64,000 nucleotides of DNA from Klebsormidium nitens (Eukaryota; Plantae; Klebsormidiophyceae). How positions within the stretch are numbered: position 1 is the first letter of the stretch; each line of letters starts with the position of its first letter. The DNA lies in assembly GCA_000708835.1 (NCBI GenBank), contig DF237176.1, forward strand, positions 70,995 through 134,994, read 5' to 3'. The notes under the pieces were generated by a model. That model was not told where the DNA came from. It saw only the letters and a program-made list of their open reading frames with translations, and did not search any database. The translations under genes and the position numbers were made by a program. This document shows, piece after piece, positions 24,911-37,498 of this stretch.

Positions 24911-27900
24911 ATGGCGATCCTGATGGCTGAGGAACCGGAGGCGCAGTCTGCGGTGCCTCCGGAGGCCAATGGCTGTGTCAAGCCTGACGTCACTAAGGGT
25001 GTCAGCGGGAGCAAGGTGGTCTCATTTGGCATGGCTGCCCCCGTGGAGTCTCTGATGGAGAAGAACCTTAAGAAGGGCAAGGCACTGTCCCTGGCTGAGA
25101 AGGAAGCCAAGAGCTTCGCCAGCCTGAATGAAGTGCTCTATGATCTGTCTCTGCCGCCGCTGATTGACAACACGGCGAGGCCGAAGAGTGTTCCCAAGGA
25201 TACTGTGACGGTGGTTATGCTGACCGAGCCGGAGAACCGGGTTTCGGTGTGCATGGAGGGGGCCAAGCAAAGCAGGTGAGGGGTCAAGTGCAAGTAATCC
25301 CAAGCTTGGATCGATTCTGTCAAATTGTGACTTTTTCGTTTCATTTAGGTACCAAGAGGATTGAGACCGATAAACCATGCTGATTGATATGGGCCACAGA
25401 AGGGTATATGAAGAGCGCCTTTTGTGTATCAACAGATTGGCGAAGGCTTGCAAAGCAGGCCCCTGAATAAATCTAGAAGATGGACATTCTCATTCTTGGA
25501 GCGGTGGATCCGCTGGGTTTGCAATTGGAGGGCCTTGTTCTTTAGATAATAATTGCAAATGTTTGATCATTTTCCAAGGCAACTGGACTAGGAGGTGTCT
25601 GTGCACAGGTGTGAAGAGATGGAACGAAACTGGCAGGCATTGTCCCCCTTGCTGCAGTGCAAGGAATTTGTCTCAGGACGCACGAGCCTCTGATTAGACT
25701 GCAGCTACTTACCTAGGATCTTGTTTTCTGGGGATAATACTTACCATCAAGGAGCAATTTTGACCTACATAAAAGCTAGCCCTGATACTCTCCTGTGAAA
25801 GGGTGTCTGGTGCTTGCACCTGGCCCTTCGAGGACCGCTTTGGAAGCAGCTTTACCCACACAAACAGCAATGAGCACCTGCAGTGGAGTATAACGGCTTT
25901 CAAACCTCTCACGAGAGGTTTGCCGGCTCCTGCTGCTCTACTGCGAAGTGTAGAAGCGGTTCACAATACGAAGTGAAGGAACGGCTTAGTATGGACAGGT
26001 GTCATCATATGCAAAACAGATATTCACCTTGAGCAACTCTCTCCATAGCTTCTACGTGCCTTTCCGGAAGCGCAGTCTCTGCGTAGCTGCAAGCCCACTT
26101 ATCTAAATCCCCTTTCTTAGCTGACGTCATCCCTTTCTCCCCCACAGGGGCAACGTCCTGATGGTGATCAACCCCGCCTGGCTGGAGAAGCGCCCCATCG
26201 TGACGTCAGACGTTAACGTCACCCCTCCAGCTGGCGCCACACACTCGCTGTTCGTGCACAAGGCCGTGTGGTTCGATACCAACGGGCAGGCGTACCTGGA
26301 CCGGTACGAACCCCCGAGGAAGGTCACGTACCTCGCCAACTTCTTCACGCTGCCTGGTGAGCTGCCGTCGGCAGAGAAACCTCAAGCAGGATATTGACAG
26401 CTGTCCAGAGACGTTGGCAAGGTTTGGAAGAGCTCAGCTGACTACTTCAACAGCTGTTCCCTGATTATTCTCACGCAAACCGTTCTGTTTCTCACACCTG
26501 TTTAGAACTCTTCTCTCTCGAATCTTAACCCACAATCTAGCCAAACCCTCTTTCAGACCCCTCTTTACCTCCTGCAGACCCCCTCTCAAAAGCTTCCTAA
26601 TTTCGCCACAGAACCTTCTTCAAAGACCCAGCCAGCTGCGAATCTAGACCTTCTCAGAAAAACATCCCTTGAACTCTTCCAACAGTTTTCCTCATATCTG
26701 CCTTACAACTCTCCCCTCAAACTCCAACAAAATCCCTCATCAAATCGTCTTCAAAACTCCTGCCAATTGGTACTCAATCGATCTTCAAACCTCCCTTAAA
26801 CCTCGCCCCCCAGGCTCGGAGGGCGACCGCGACGACGGCGTGCCGCTCGAGGCCGGCCTGGACTGCCCCATGAGCTCCTCGTCGGCCCTCGAAAAGATCA
26901 CTAACGACAAGCTGCACACGCGCCTGCTCCTCTCGCGCGCGCGCGTGGCGCACCCCCAGTGCGTCGCCTTCACCTTCAAGTGCCCCATGGTCTACAACAC
27001 CTCCGGTGAGCCGCCGCGCTTCAGAACCCGTCTTCAGAACTTCGTGAAAAACTCCCCGCAGTGTCTCTCGTGCTCAACTCTTCTTCCTGCGATTTCTTTC
27101 TCGGAGGTCTCAGTTTTGTAAACAATGCATGCAGATGCTTGGCAGATTGATGGGCAAGGGCCGAACACGAAAGCAAGGTGCTCACGACGAGCAGTCCCTT
27201 TACCAAATGAGGTCTGTCGGATGAAGGCAAGTAGGGAAGTGAAATTCCCCCCAATCGAAGTCACCTGACTTCGTTCCTGCGCCCTTCTTCCCCAGCAACT
27301 ATCGAGAAGAAGGTCAGCTGGAGCGTCTTTCTTTGTCCCCCCTTTTCCTCACCTTGCCAGAACGCCCTCCGCTTACCCATACGCTATCCCCTCGCCACAG
27401 GCTGCACCGGCACATACGCCGTCCACTCCCTGTCCGACCGCGCCGGCTACGAGGACCTCTTCCGGCGTGAGGCGGAGCGGTTATGCGCGCGGTTAGCGCG
27501 TGACCAGGTGGTGGTTAAGCCGAGCGGGCCCATGTGGATGGGCAGCAACGGGGTGTCGTTTTGGAGCCGGAAAGACGTCGACGGAATCGTGGGCGCCGCG
27601 ACGGCGCTGCTCCAGCGGCTGTGGGACGGCGACGCGATTTTGCTGGAGGAGTTCCTGCCGACGCTCGGCCCGCACGACATCAAGCACGGCAGCGACGTGA
27701 GCTTCCAGACCTTGACATACTTCAGAGATGGGTTCAGTGTTCCCTATCCATATGTCGATGTAGTGATCTCTTGATCGTTGCGGTTGAAAGATTCAGGTTT
27801 TTAGGGGCTGAGTGCCGGCTTGCTGAAATTGGGGCCGCATCAAATCACGTTTGAGAGCGTTACGCCAACATCGTCGAAGCGTGGACAGGATTGGAGCCAC

Positions 27901-30900
27901 CCAGGAAATTTCTTTCCCCCCTCTTCTTATCTTGGATCGATCGGAAATGAATCATATGACTTCTGACCCCTTCCCTTCTGATATGCGCAGGTGATGTCAC
28001 CCACACACGCGGCGCTGGAGGTCGGGGCGGTCGCCGGGAACCCGTTCGCGGAGAACATTGTGCCGCGCTTCGACGACTCGGACCTCTCGGAGGGCGACGA
28101 CGAGGCGGAGCAGGAAGAGGCGCTCAAGAACTGGAAGGTCGCCCCGCAGGCCATTGCCGGTGAGGATTTCGAGCGCTGCGGTTTGTGTTGTTTCGAAAGA
28201 CTGCGAGATTGCCTTCACGCCTTGCAGAGAAAAATTTGCGAAGCTAGCGGAAATGTGTTGATTCTTTGATTCTCCTCAGAGTCGAGTACGTCCTTGGCTA
28301 AGCAGCTGGTTCTCGTACTACCCTTCGGCTTTAACAACCAAACCGCGGTTATGTGACCCAACATGTGGTTCGTTTCACGAGCATAAAAGTAAGCCAAGAA
28401 GCGGGGCTCCTGAGACCCCCGGAACTATGAACGTAATCCGAATCCTAACCAAGGGACACTGGTAGCCGACAAACTTCTGCTTAAGACCAACCCACCACAA
28501 ACCCTCGTTTCCAATCATTAAGCAGGCCAGAATTTCTGGGTTTCCGTCTGCGCGTCATGGTGGCACGTGCCCCCTGGGGCGAGCCTTTGGTAACCATCTT
28601 TTTGACACTAACTCGCTCTAAAGTAACCCGCCACAAACCCTTTCTTCCCAGGCATCAAGCAGGCCAAGAAGCTGGGTTTCCGGCTGCGCGTCATGGTGGC
28701 TCGTGCCCCCTGGGGCGAGCCGGTGGTGACGAAGATGGTGGCGGGCATCGGACGGCTGAGCGCGCCCATCAACGGCTCAAACACGATCCCGATCAGCTTC
28801 GACGCCGTGCTGGAGCAGTGGGGGATCGTGACGGTGGAAGGGAAGCGGAAGGTCACGGATACGATATCGAACGAGGCGGGCCGGGTTATGAAGGTGGGTT
28901 CGGTCGATCCTGCAATTTGCAGGTAGTTAAGCCGTACACATTGAAGCTGTGAATGCTGCTTGGACGAATGTTTAGCGTTGTCAAGATGAACTAGGTGATT
29001 TCAAGTTTAGGGGCCCACTCTTGTGCAAGGGAAAGCAGCCAAAGTCGTAGCGTAATCGCACTGAAAGAGTTGACAGATCTGGTCGGATAGTCGGTAAGGA
29101 TTGGGAAGAGCTGGGCACGCTTTCTAAGCGGTAACAACAATTTGTGTGAAACCGAATGACTCTTCAAAAGTGCTGTACAGTTCTTTCTTTGCTTCTCAAA
29201 GAGTGAAACAAGCCGCACTGCAGAGAAACAAAGTTCAGGAGCATTCCTACCGCGCCGATTGACTTTCACTTTTGTTTTCAACCGGATCAATATTCGATAT
29301 GCGCAGGCAATCATGGACTACGAGGCTGGGATGCCGATCGAGGAGCGCGGCGGCGCCAACTGCCAGACGGACCTCATCGGAATCGACTTCATCGTTACGC
29401 CTACCGGAACCGGAATCATGCCGTACGTCATTGAGGTGAGGAGTGACTTCAGCTTTTAGATTCTTTCCTGTTGGAAGACCTTCATTGGCCTTCATAAGTC
29501 AGCGTAAGCTTGATGAAGCGGATTCTCATAACGAAGCGGCTTTGATTGGCTCGTCCTTGCCATGATGCTTTTAGAACACGCAAAGTCTTTGGAGAAGCGC
29601 ACCTCACAAGAATCACTTTCGTGAAGAGACAAGGTTTGAAGACTTGGGCTTCGAGTCCTCGGGCTTCAATCTGTACAAGCTCAGCCAAAACCGACCGCTC
29701 AACCCCTATGCCTGTGACGTCAGATTTTTTAGCCCCAAGCCCCAAGCTCGAAATGCTAAAACGCGCGCCCGCCCTCCCCGCAGGTGAACGACCACGACTG
29801 CAGCCTGCAGGCGCAGCAGCTGGAGTGCCTGCTGCCGGAGACGCGCTTCGAGAGCGTGCGCTGGTGGGTCGCCACCATGATCTCCCGGTCCGAGACGTAC
29901 CTGCTGGGCGGCCGGCGCATTTTAGTGGTCGGGGCAGGTGAGCCGCGGCGACCAGATCGGATTGTGAAAAATGGTATTTCGACGGTTGTCGGGAAGGTCG
30001 TTCGGGAATAAGCTAGGAAGTATGGCCCGACTGTACGGGCAGCGCAAAGGTGAGGCCGTCAGCGTCGCGAGAGAGGAGGTATCAAGTTTTGCCAGCTTTC
30101 AGATATTTGAACAGGCAACCTGCTTAGGTGATTAACACTCGTGTTCGGTCGACACATGATTCTGTCGAGGCTATTGTCAAAGAATGCGTGCATCACTGTA
30201 GCATTGCGGGTGCGAAAAATCTCAACGTAGAGCATACGTCTCACTCTTTTCTTTCACCGGGCTGAAACACGCTGCAAGAATGGCACGAGTAGTGGAGTGA
30301 TCTAAAATTGGTCGTCGCGCGCTCGCAAGTTTTGCAACTCGCTTCAAATTTCAATCTCTTGTTTCAGGGGGGTGGAGCAAGCGATGGGTGTGGGGGGGGT
30401 CCCGCAAGCTGGGCGTGCAGTGGTACTGGTGAAACATTTGACAAGCACTCTGCGCGCGCGCTCAAAAGCTCTGAAGAAACTGCAAGTCTCAAATGTATCC
30501 ACGTTTTCTTTTCAGGGGGGTGGAGCAAGCGGTGGGTTTGGGAGGGGTCCCGCAAGCTGGGCGTGCAGGTGGTGCTGGTGGAGGAGTTCGACACGCACTT
30601 CGCGCGCGACCTTGCTGACGTCTTCATCGCCTTCCCGGGGCTCAGCGACCACACGCGCGACGAGGAGCACGCGCGCAGAATCGTGGGCGCGCTCAAGGTG
30701 AGCGCGTTTGGGGTCAGAAAATAGGATTATGAGAGGAATTTCAAGGGTTTTGGGAGCGTCTTTTTGGATTCGCGTCTTGACGGGGCTGAGCAACCACACG
30801 CGCGACGAGGAGCACGCGCGCCGAGAATCGTGGGCGCGCTCAAGGTGAGACGCGGACGCGCGCGCGGCGTCGCACTCTGGTAGTTATGCAAAGGTTTTCG

Positions 30901-33900
30901 ATGCGCTTTTGCAGGCGCGAGCAGTATCGCGGCCGCGCTCATGGTGATGCGCGCGCAAAGTTTTGGGTCAGGTTTAAGGTTAAGTTACGTTTTTGATAAG
31001 GTTACGAAAGGCTTGTGGGTGCGCTTTTGACCACACGCGGGACGAGGAGCACCCGCGCAGGATCGTGGGCGCGCTCAACGTGAGGCGCGCTACAAAAGTC
31101 CAGGGAGTTTGCGTTTAGATGATAGGATTCTGACAAGTTGATGGTCGGGCGAGACTGGCTGCAGTTACGGCCTTCGACGGCTTTGAACAGTTCGGGGAAA
31201 GGGCTAAAGATTTTCTCGACTTCTGCGGCAACGTGTCGGCGAGCTTCAGGAAGACAGAGAAGGGTTTATCAAAGTAGGCTGGAGAATTGTGGAGGATACG
31301 TTTCAATGGACGCAGATGTAAGGTTTTACTAGCCCAATTCTGTCATATACTGCCTTTCTGTCAGTCTAACCTGCTTTCAGCCACCTTTCAGCCTGAACGT
31401 CTGCACAGAAGTATGGCGACGTCAGCCTTTGTGAACCGCCTAACGTTCGCTGAATGAATCTCGTTCCGTTCCTTCCTCGCAGGAGCGGCAAATCACCGTC
31501 GAGGGGTGCCTGACCTTCTGGGAGGACTGCGGCCCGCTGGCGAGCCTGGTGACCAATCTCTTGGGGACACGTGGCAACAGCTTCTTGGCGCAGAGCCTGG
31601 CCAAGTCCAAGTTCCGGACGCAGGACACGCTCATGAAGGACAACCGGGAGTACCAGCACAAGCCCACCACGTCGTTCTTCGCGTCGAAAGTGAGCGCCTC
31701 AGAGTCGCTGTATGGATCTTCGACACGCAAGCCAGTGTTGGTCTCTTCCTGTCTCAACTTTCCAGTATCCTATTTCAGAAGCAGTGTTGTTGCGTGTTGA
31801 AGGCAATCATGGGCGAGATACTCGAAAGGTACAAGTCGACCGATGACACTAAAACTAAATCTCGAAACTAAATCTCGAGCGCGCATGGAATCCATCCTCA
31901 CTCACTCATCAGCATCTGGAGGAAGTTCAAATCTCAAACAACCCATGAGGGAATCTTATGCTTTCATATAATTCACGGCTTTTAATCTGGGACGCTCAAC
32001 TCCTCTTTGCAGGCGTACAGATTACAATCCGAGGCAGATCTAGAGCGCGCGTGGGAGGACCTGGGGGGCATGCCGGCTGTGCTGAAGCTCGAGTACGGCT
32101 CTTCTGCGTGCGGCGTCGTTTTGGTGGCCACGAAAGAGGACGCGCTCGCAAAGTTCCGGCAGATCCGGTCGGAGCTCAGCAGCGAAGGGGATCACGGCGG
32201 CGTCGGGCTGGGCTTCGGGTAAGGATCAATAGACCTGAAGTTTGATTTCGTTCGCGTCTCTCCTCTTTACTCTGCGCAATCAACCTCAACTGTCTCGTTC
32301 GATTCCCTTTGTGTTTGCTTTTACTGAAACTTGGAGCTCAGCAGAAGGTAAACAAGGCGGCGTCGGGCTGGGCCTCGGGTAAGAGCAAATGTCTCTGCCT
32401 TTTTTCCAATTTTGCCTGATTTTTGGGTCGTTTTTGAAGTTCCTTCCTTTCATCTCTTGTTCTTTCTTTGCTTCTCCGAGCTCAGCAGCGAAGGGGACCA
32501 CGGCGGCTTCGGGCTGGGCTTCGGGTGAGAAGCTGAATCCACCTGTTTCCTGCTATTTTATGTTCCCCCTCTTCCGTTCTTTCTAGCTTCTATTGTCTCG
32601 AATCTACTTCGGCTGTTTTGTGCAACTCTTAGAGAAGGGTTTACATGATTCACGGCGGCGTCGAGCTAGCATTGTCTCGAAGTGTTATGTATTTGTAGGA
32701 AGATCGCGAGGAACTCGCAACGTAGATTGGCTGCCGTTCAGATCTACCTTGGCTCGACTGATTCCCTGAAACCTCCAAGATGCTAAATAAAAGAATTCGC
32801 TCAATTCTTGTCCCCTTCTTCATTTCTTTGTCGCCACCGCAGAAGTCCGAACAAAGTCGCGCTCAATCCTTCCGACCTTGGTTGCACGATCCTTTACCCC
32901 CGTTGGTCTCCCTTAAACGGCACTGAACCCGCTGAATTTCTTCCTAAACCCCTCGCTAACCCTCATTCCGCAGGTCGTCTCTCGTGTTGATGGAGTTCAT
33001 CGAGGGCAGCGAGCATGACGTGGACATCGTCATGTATGACGGCCAGACTGTGGCCGCTTTCGTCACCGACAATGGGCCCACCCGCATGCCCTACTTCAGT
33101 GAAACCGCTGCCGCCATGCCCAGCCGGCTGCATCGGTAAGCGGATTTTGTAAGCAACGTTTCAGGGGTTGAATAAACCCGATGCCAGGGCTTAGAGTTTG
33201 ACCCGTTGCAAAGCGTAACTACTTTTAAATGCGCCCACCGGTAGCTTGGGCACGTCTCAAGCTTACCAAGGAGATAGTGGATGATGGTTCCAATCCCAGC
33301 ACCCTCATGAGCTCTTCTTGCACCCAATCAATTTAAGATTAGTGCGAGCGTCTGGCTCTCAGATATCGAGGTCAAAGAAAAGAGTCTTTCTTCTTGCTCA
33401 TGTCGCCATGAAATTTTTGCTCAAAGTTCTGGAGATCTTGCAAGTGTGACTATACAATGCTCCGAGTTCCGGAGATTTCCTTGTCGGTAATCTCCTTTTA
33501 TTCCTTTGCTTATTTCGCAGTGATTAGTCGAGACTTCCTTACCCTAGTTCTCGCTTCTCGCTCCAGGGACAAGCAGATGGTAATGGTTGCCGCGGCCGCG
33601 CAGTGCTGCGCGTGTCTGGGTCTGCAGAACGGCGTCTTCAACGTCGAGTTCAAAATGACGGGCATGGGGCCCAAGCTCATCGAGATCAACGGCCGCCAGG
33701 GGGGCTTCTATATCCAGGTAAAGCAACCCCCCCCCTGAGCTAAAAAAGGTGCAGAACCCAATACACCGCACTCTGCCCTGAGAAGACCGTTTGGGTCAGC
33801 GGGCGCCTTGAAGCCGGGGGGCTTGGATTGGTTACAAGTTCAAAGCGCAAAGTCAAGTTTTGTTGGTTTTGGCTCGAGATCCCCGACAGTCCATCATCTT

Positions 33901-34793
33901 CGCGTATTGCAATTAGGTGTATCCCGAAGATTGACCTGTCTTCTACGCCTTTGTAATGAGGTTACTCTGCCCATTCGACCTAACCCCTCCTATCCCATCT
34001 TCTCTTCTCTTTCAGGACTGGATTGAGCGGGTTTGGGGCGTTAACCTGCTGAAAGCGAACATTCTCGTCGCACTCGGCGTGCGGCCGTCCGTCTTCCCGG
34101 CGCCCAAACCGCGGACCCACATTGTCGGCCGGATGATCTACAGCTCCGTGTGCTCGGTAAGTTCCCCCGGGCCCTTTACTCGCCCTTTCACAGACTGCTT
34201 CTTGTGCCCGCTTTATTGATGTGCAGGGTACACTGTGTGCTTGTTTGGGAATCACGCGGGGAAAAATCACGCTCACTATTGTGCCCCAACGTCGGAAAGT
34301 ACCGTTTGGCGGAGCCTCATTGATGAACGAGATGAGTCGCCTCGAGCTTTGCACTTCCACCTTACATATCATACAACCGGCTTCGGAGAACTTTTTCCCT
34401 GCTTTATTGAGCAATCTGCAATAGGAGACTTTGAAGGTTGTGGTGAGCTCTGTTCCAATCGTAAGTATCTCCACTAGCATCGTCTGTGACTTGGCCAAAT
34501 GAACAGCCCCCGCGACTCGTTTTCGATACGACATCTCTTCCCCGCAGAACGCCCTCAAGACGACGTGCACCGTCGAACGCCTGCACGAGCTGCACAACCA
34601 GGGCGTCATCGTTCTGAACCAGTTCGAGCCGACGGTTCCGGAGGTCGAAGAGTTCGAAGAACCATTCGCGAGCGTGGGAATAAAGAGCGCGAGCAAGGCG
34701 GGCGCAAAGCAGCAGCTTCAGGCGCTCTGGAGCATTTTGGGTTTGGAGGATAAGGACCCCAAACCCTGCGGCTGGTATCTGAAAAACCTGTAA
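24911..34793 (+). CDS. CARNS1: Carnosine synthase 1-like protein with two ATP-grasp domains (1016 aa, 15 exons)
   Basis: Exons 24911-25275, 26148-26356, 26814-27005, 27401-27696, 27991-28159, 28652-28893, 29307-29435, 29784-29937, 30516-30697, 31483-31689, 32013-32218, 32974-33135, 33567-33717, 34016-34156, 34548-34793. All introns are GT-AG and phase-consistent; total 3051 nt. Motifs PPRKVTY, LDCPMSSS, ERGGANCQTDLIGIDF, RRILVVGAGG, LSDHTRDEEHARR, GCLTFWEDC, VLKLEYGSSACGV, DHGGVGLGFG, LMEFIEGSEHDVD, DNGPTRMPYFSETAAAMP, GVFNVEFKMTGMGPKLIEINGRQGGFY and EEPFASV follow the order I recall for vertebrate CARNS1. Confidence 0.92.
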
Positions 34794-37007
34794 ACCCTGG
34801 GCGCGGAACGGCGGCCGCGACGGCGGCCGCGTGTACGAGAGGCGGAAGAATTCAAAGAATTGAAATGGGGTTCGCGTGAAGAAAAAGAAGCGGGTTAAAG
34901 GAAGTACTTGGAAAGTTTCGAAGTTTTTGAGAAGCCCAAAACAAATAACTGATCAGGAGAGGCACGCGTAGGCTTAAGATGAAATGCAGAGAGGTAGGAC
35001 TGCGACTATGGAGACGGAACTAGAGACGCGTTGTACAGCTAGCAGAATCGAAATGATGAGCGCACTTCTGTACAGCACAGTTGAGAGGGATCACCGTAGA
35101 CAGATCCGCATCAGCCGCTACCGTTCTTTATTTTGGTGGGATCGCAGCCCAGGCGTGGGCTTCTAGCGCGCTCTTGAAAGATGAGCAGACGTCAGAATAG
35201 ACAATCTCGTCACTATATGCGCTTAGTTGGCATAAGAGAAGCTGCCTTGAACAGACTCAATTTTTTTGACCTCACTCAAGCAGAACAGTCATTCGACTTT
35301 GTTTCTTTCGGAAATCTAAACGTCCACATCGCTGGAATCATGGACATGTAACTCAGAATGTGTGACAAATTTACGGTCTTCCAAGATGACGTTTGCCATT
35401 GGTTCACGTCACTCAGCTCGTCCCACTTATCGATAAGAAGTGTTGAATGACCATTTCGCCCTCGAATTCGATGAAATGAGCGCACAAGAATTTCTGCGTG
35501 CAGTGATTCTGCAAGCACCGTCTATCAAAGTTGACGATTCAGGTTAAATCTAAGCCATTCAAATCCAAATTCGAATCCTCACGAAGTTCGTCGTCTCCAA
35601 GGTTATCATGGTGAGCTGTCTTTTTGAACTGATCTCAGACCTGAAGTTGAAGCAAGGTAGACATGATAAAGCCCCTCGGTTCTAACGACACCAACATTGT
35701 TGACCAGTCGAATCCCAAACAGATTTCATCGTCTATTGTGACTCTGTGTTTACAACTCTCCGTGATGTCCGGTCCGATCGAAGGAATTGGTCTTGTTGAG
35801 ACCGTTTCTCTTTGAGGATTGTTGTGAGCTCCGAATTCCGGAGCACGTTCACCGGAGCCTCGCGAGTCGAAGTTAGCGGACATCTTAATGAGGCATACCC
35901 CAGGAGCTCCATGATCATGTAGCAGCTATGAAAATGTTATTCAAGTCAATCAGCTCACTGTTTCAGCTTCGTGAATGTAATACTCAATCGACTAGTTAAA
36001 GCTTCTGGATATCAACCAATCAACCGGCTTCAGTGCGACATTGAAGCCCCATTTGACCGGACTCCTTGGACTCATCCAAGTCAGTAGCCAAGATCTCGAC
36101 ACTGAATCGCACATGAGTTACAGTATACTTTGTTTTCTCTCAGGTTTTGAGTTGGAAGATAGTCTAAAGTTTCGCGATCGGTCCCTCTATCATGGCAGCG
36201 GAGCAAATAAGAGCTCTTCTGTCCATGAAAGAGAGCCTTGTTGCAAAGCAGGCAGCCACCCAGTGCGCGTGCATGGGATTTTTGCTGCTGAGACGGTCTA
36301 CAAATTTTGGCGCAGTTGAATGTACGTACCTACGCACGAAGGCCAAATACTCGTTCAGTCTCTTTGGCAAGCAGAATTACAGAGTACATTCGATTGTTAC
36401 AAATTCTGCTCTTAGACTGGTACAAAGCATTCTCGTGCGTACATCTTCACCGTTCATCAAAGTGTTCTTTGCATTCCTGCACCATTTGAAGTTCGAGCTT
36501 GCATTTTGGGTGATATCAACATAACGTTTGTGACTATCAGTAGCTAACAACTTACCTTGGGTCACCCAACGTGGATCGAGAGACTCTCGAGGTCTGTCTT
36601 GGTCAGCGTTGGACTCTGTCGCCGCACGGAGCGCCCCACGTTGTCTTTGACGAACGTGCGTAACCAGTAAATCTGTCGCAGCGGAATGTCAAGAACGAAG
36701 ATCTGGGTGCATGGACTGGTAAATGAGGTGGCCGACTTTTCGTTTTTCAGTTACTCAGGTACAGGAAGAGAATTCAGTCTTCTGCGGATCAACTGTGATC
36801 CTTTGGCACGTGCTTGGCTTGAACGTCCGCATATCCAGTTGTGACGAGTGGCAGAAGAGCATGCTGCAGCAGATCAGTCCCCACTTTATCTGCTCTCGTT
36901 AGTAGATGCTGACGTCATCTGACATGTGTCTCCAAACAGAGATTTGATTGGTTCACGGAAACGACAAGAAAGCTTTGTCAGCAAAAGTAGAACCGAAACA
37001 AGGCTTA

Positions 37008-37498
37008 GGGGCTATTCGCATGCCACCGCTATCGCTACATTATCGCTACATTCTGGCGGAAAACCGAGAAAATTACCATCGCATGCACCCTTTTCCGCTT
37101 AAACCAAAACTTTCGCACGCACGGAATCCCGCTACATTGTAGCGATTCCGCTAAATTGTATAACCGGCCATATACATTCTACAGATTGTAGCGGGTTCCG
37201 CTAAAAGCCGCCGTGGCACATCGAACGGCCACGATTCAATAAAGTTTGTACCCCTCCCTCGCCTGCCAGCCTCCCAGGCTCTCCGAGTCTGTTTCCAGCG
37301 GGGCTGGTCCACCCGGTGTCCGGGACCGGCCGGCCGGCCGTGCACGTGGAGCTCCGGAATCCCGGAGGTTTGCGGTAATGTCCAATTCGCGGAAAGGCAT
37401 GCGGCCGCTGTTCCGTTACCCGGGCTCGGATGAAGAGTTCCGGGTTCCGCTAAAGCCCCGTTAAAATTTTAGCGGAACGGTGGCATGCGAATAGCCCC
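37008..37498. mobile_element. Tourist-like (PIF/Harbinger) MITE, 491 bp
   Basis: Perfect 21-bp terminal inverted repeat GGGGCTATTCGCATGCCACCG (37008-37028) and CGGTGGCATGCGAATAGCCCC (37478-37498), flanked on both sides by TTA (37005-37007, 37499-37501). Many subterminal CCGCTA/TAGCGG motifs; no recognisable transposase ORF. Confidence 0.9.

Noticed and set aside
33980-34696. 238-aa minus-strand ORF
   Set aside because: It is the antisense shadow of CARNS1-like exons 14-15 and has no recognisable motifs.
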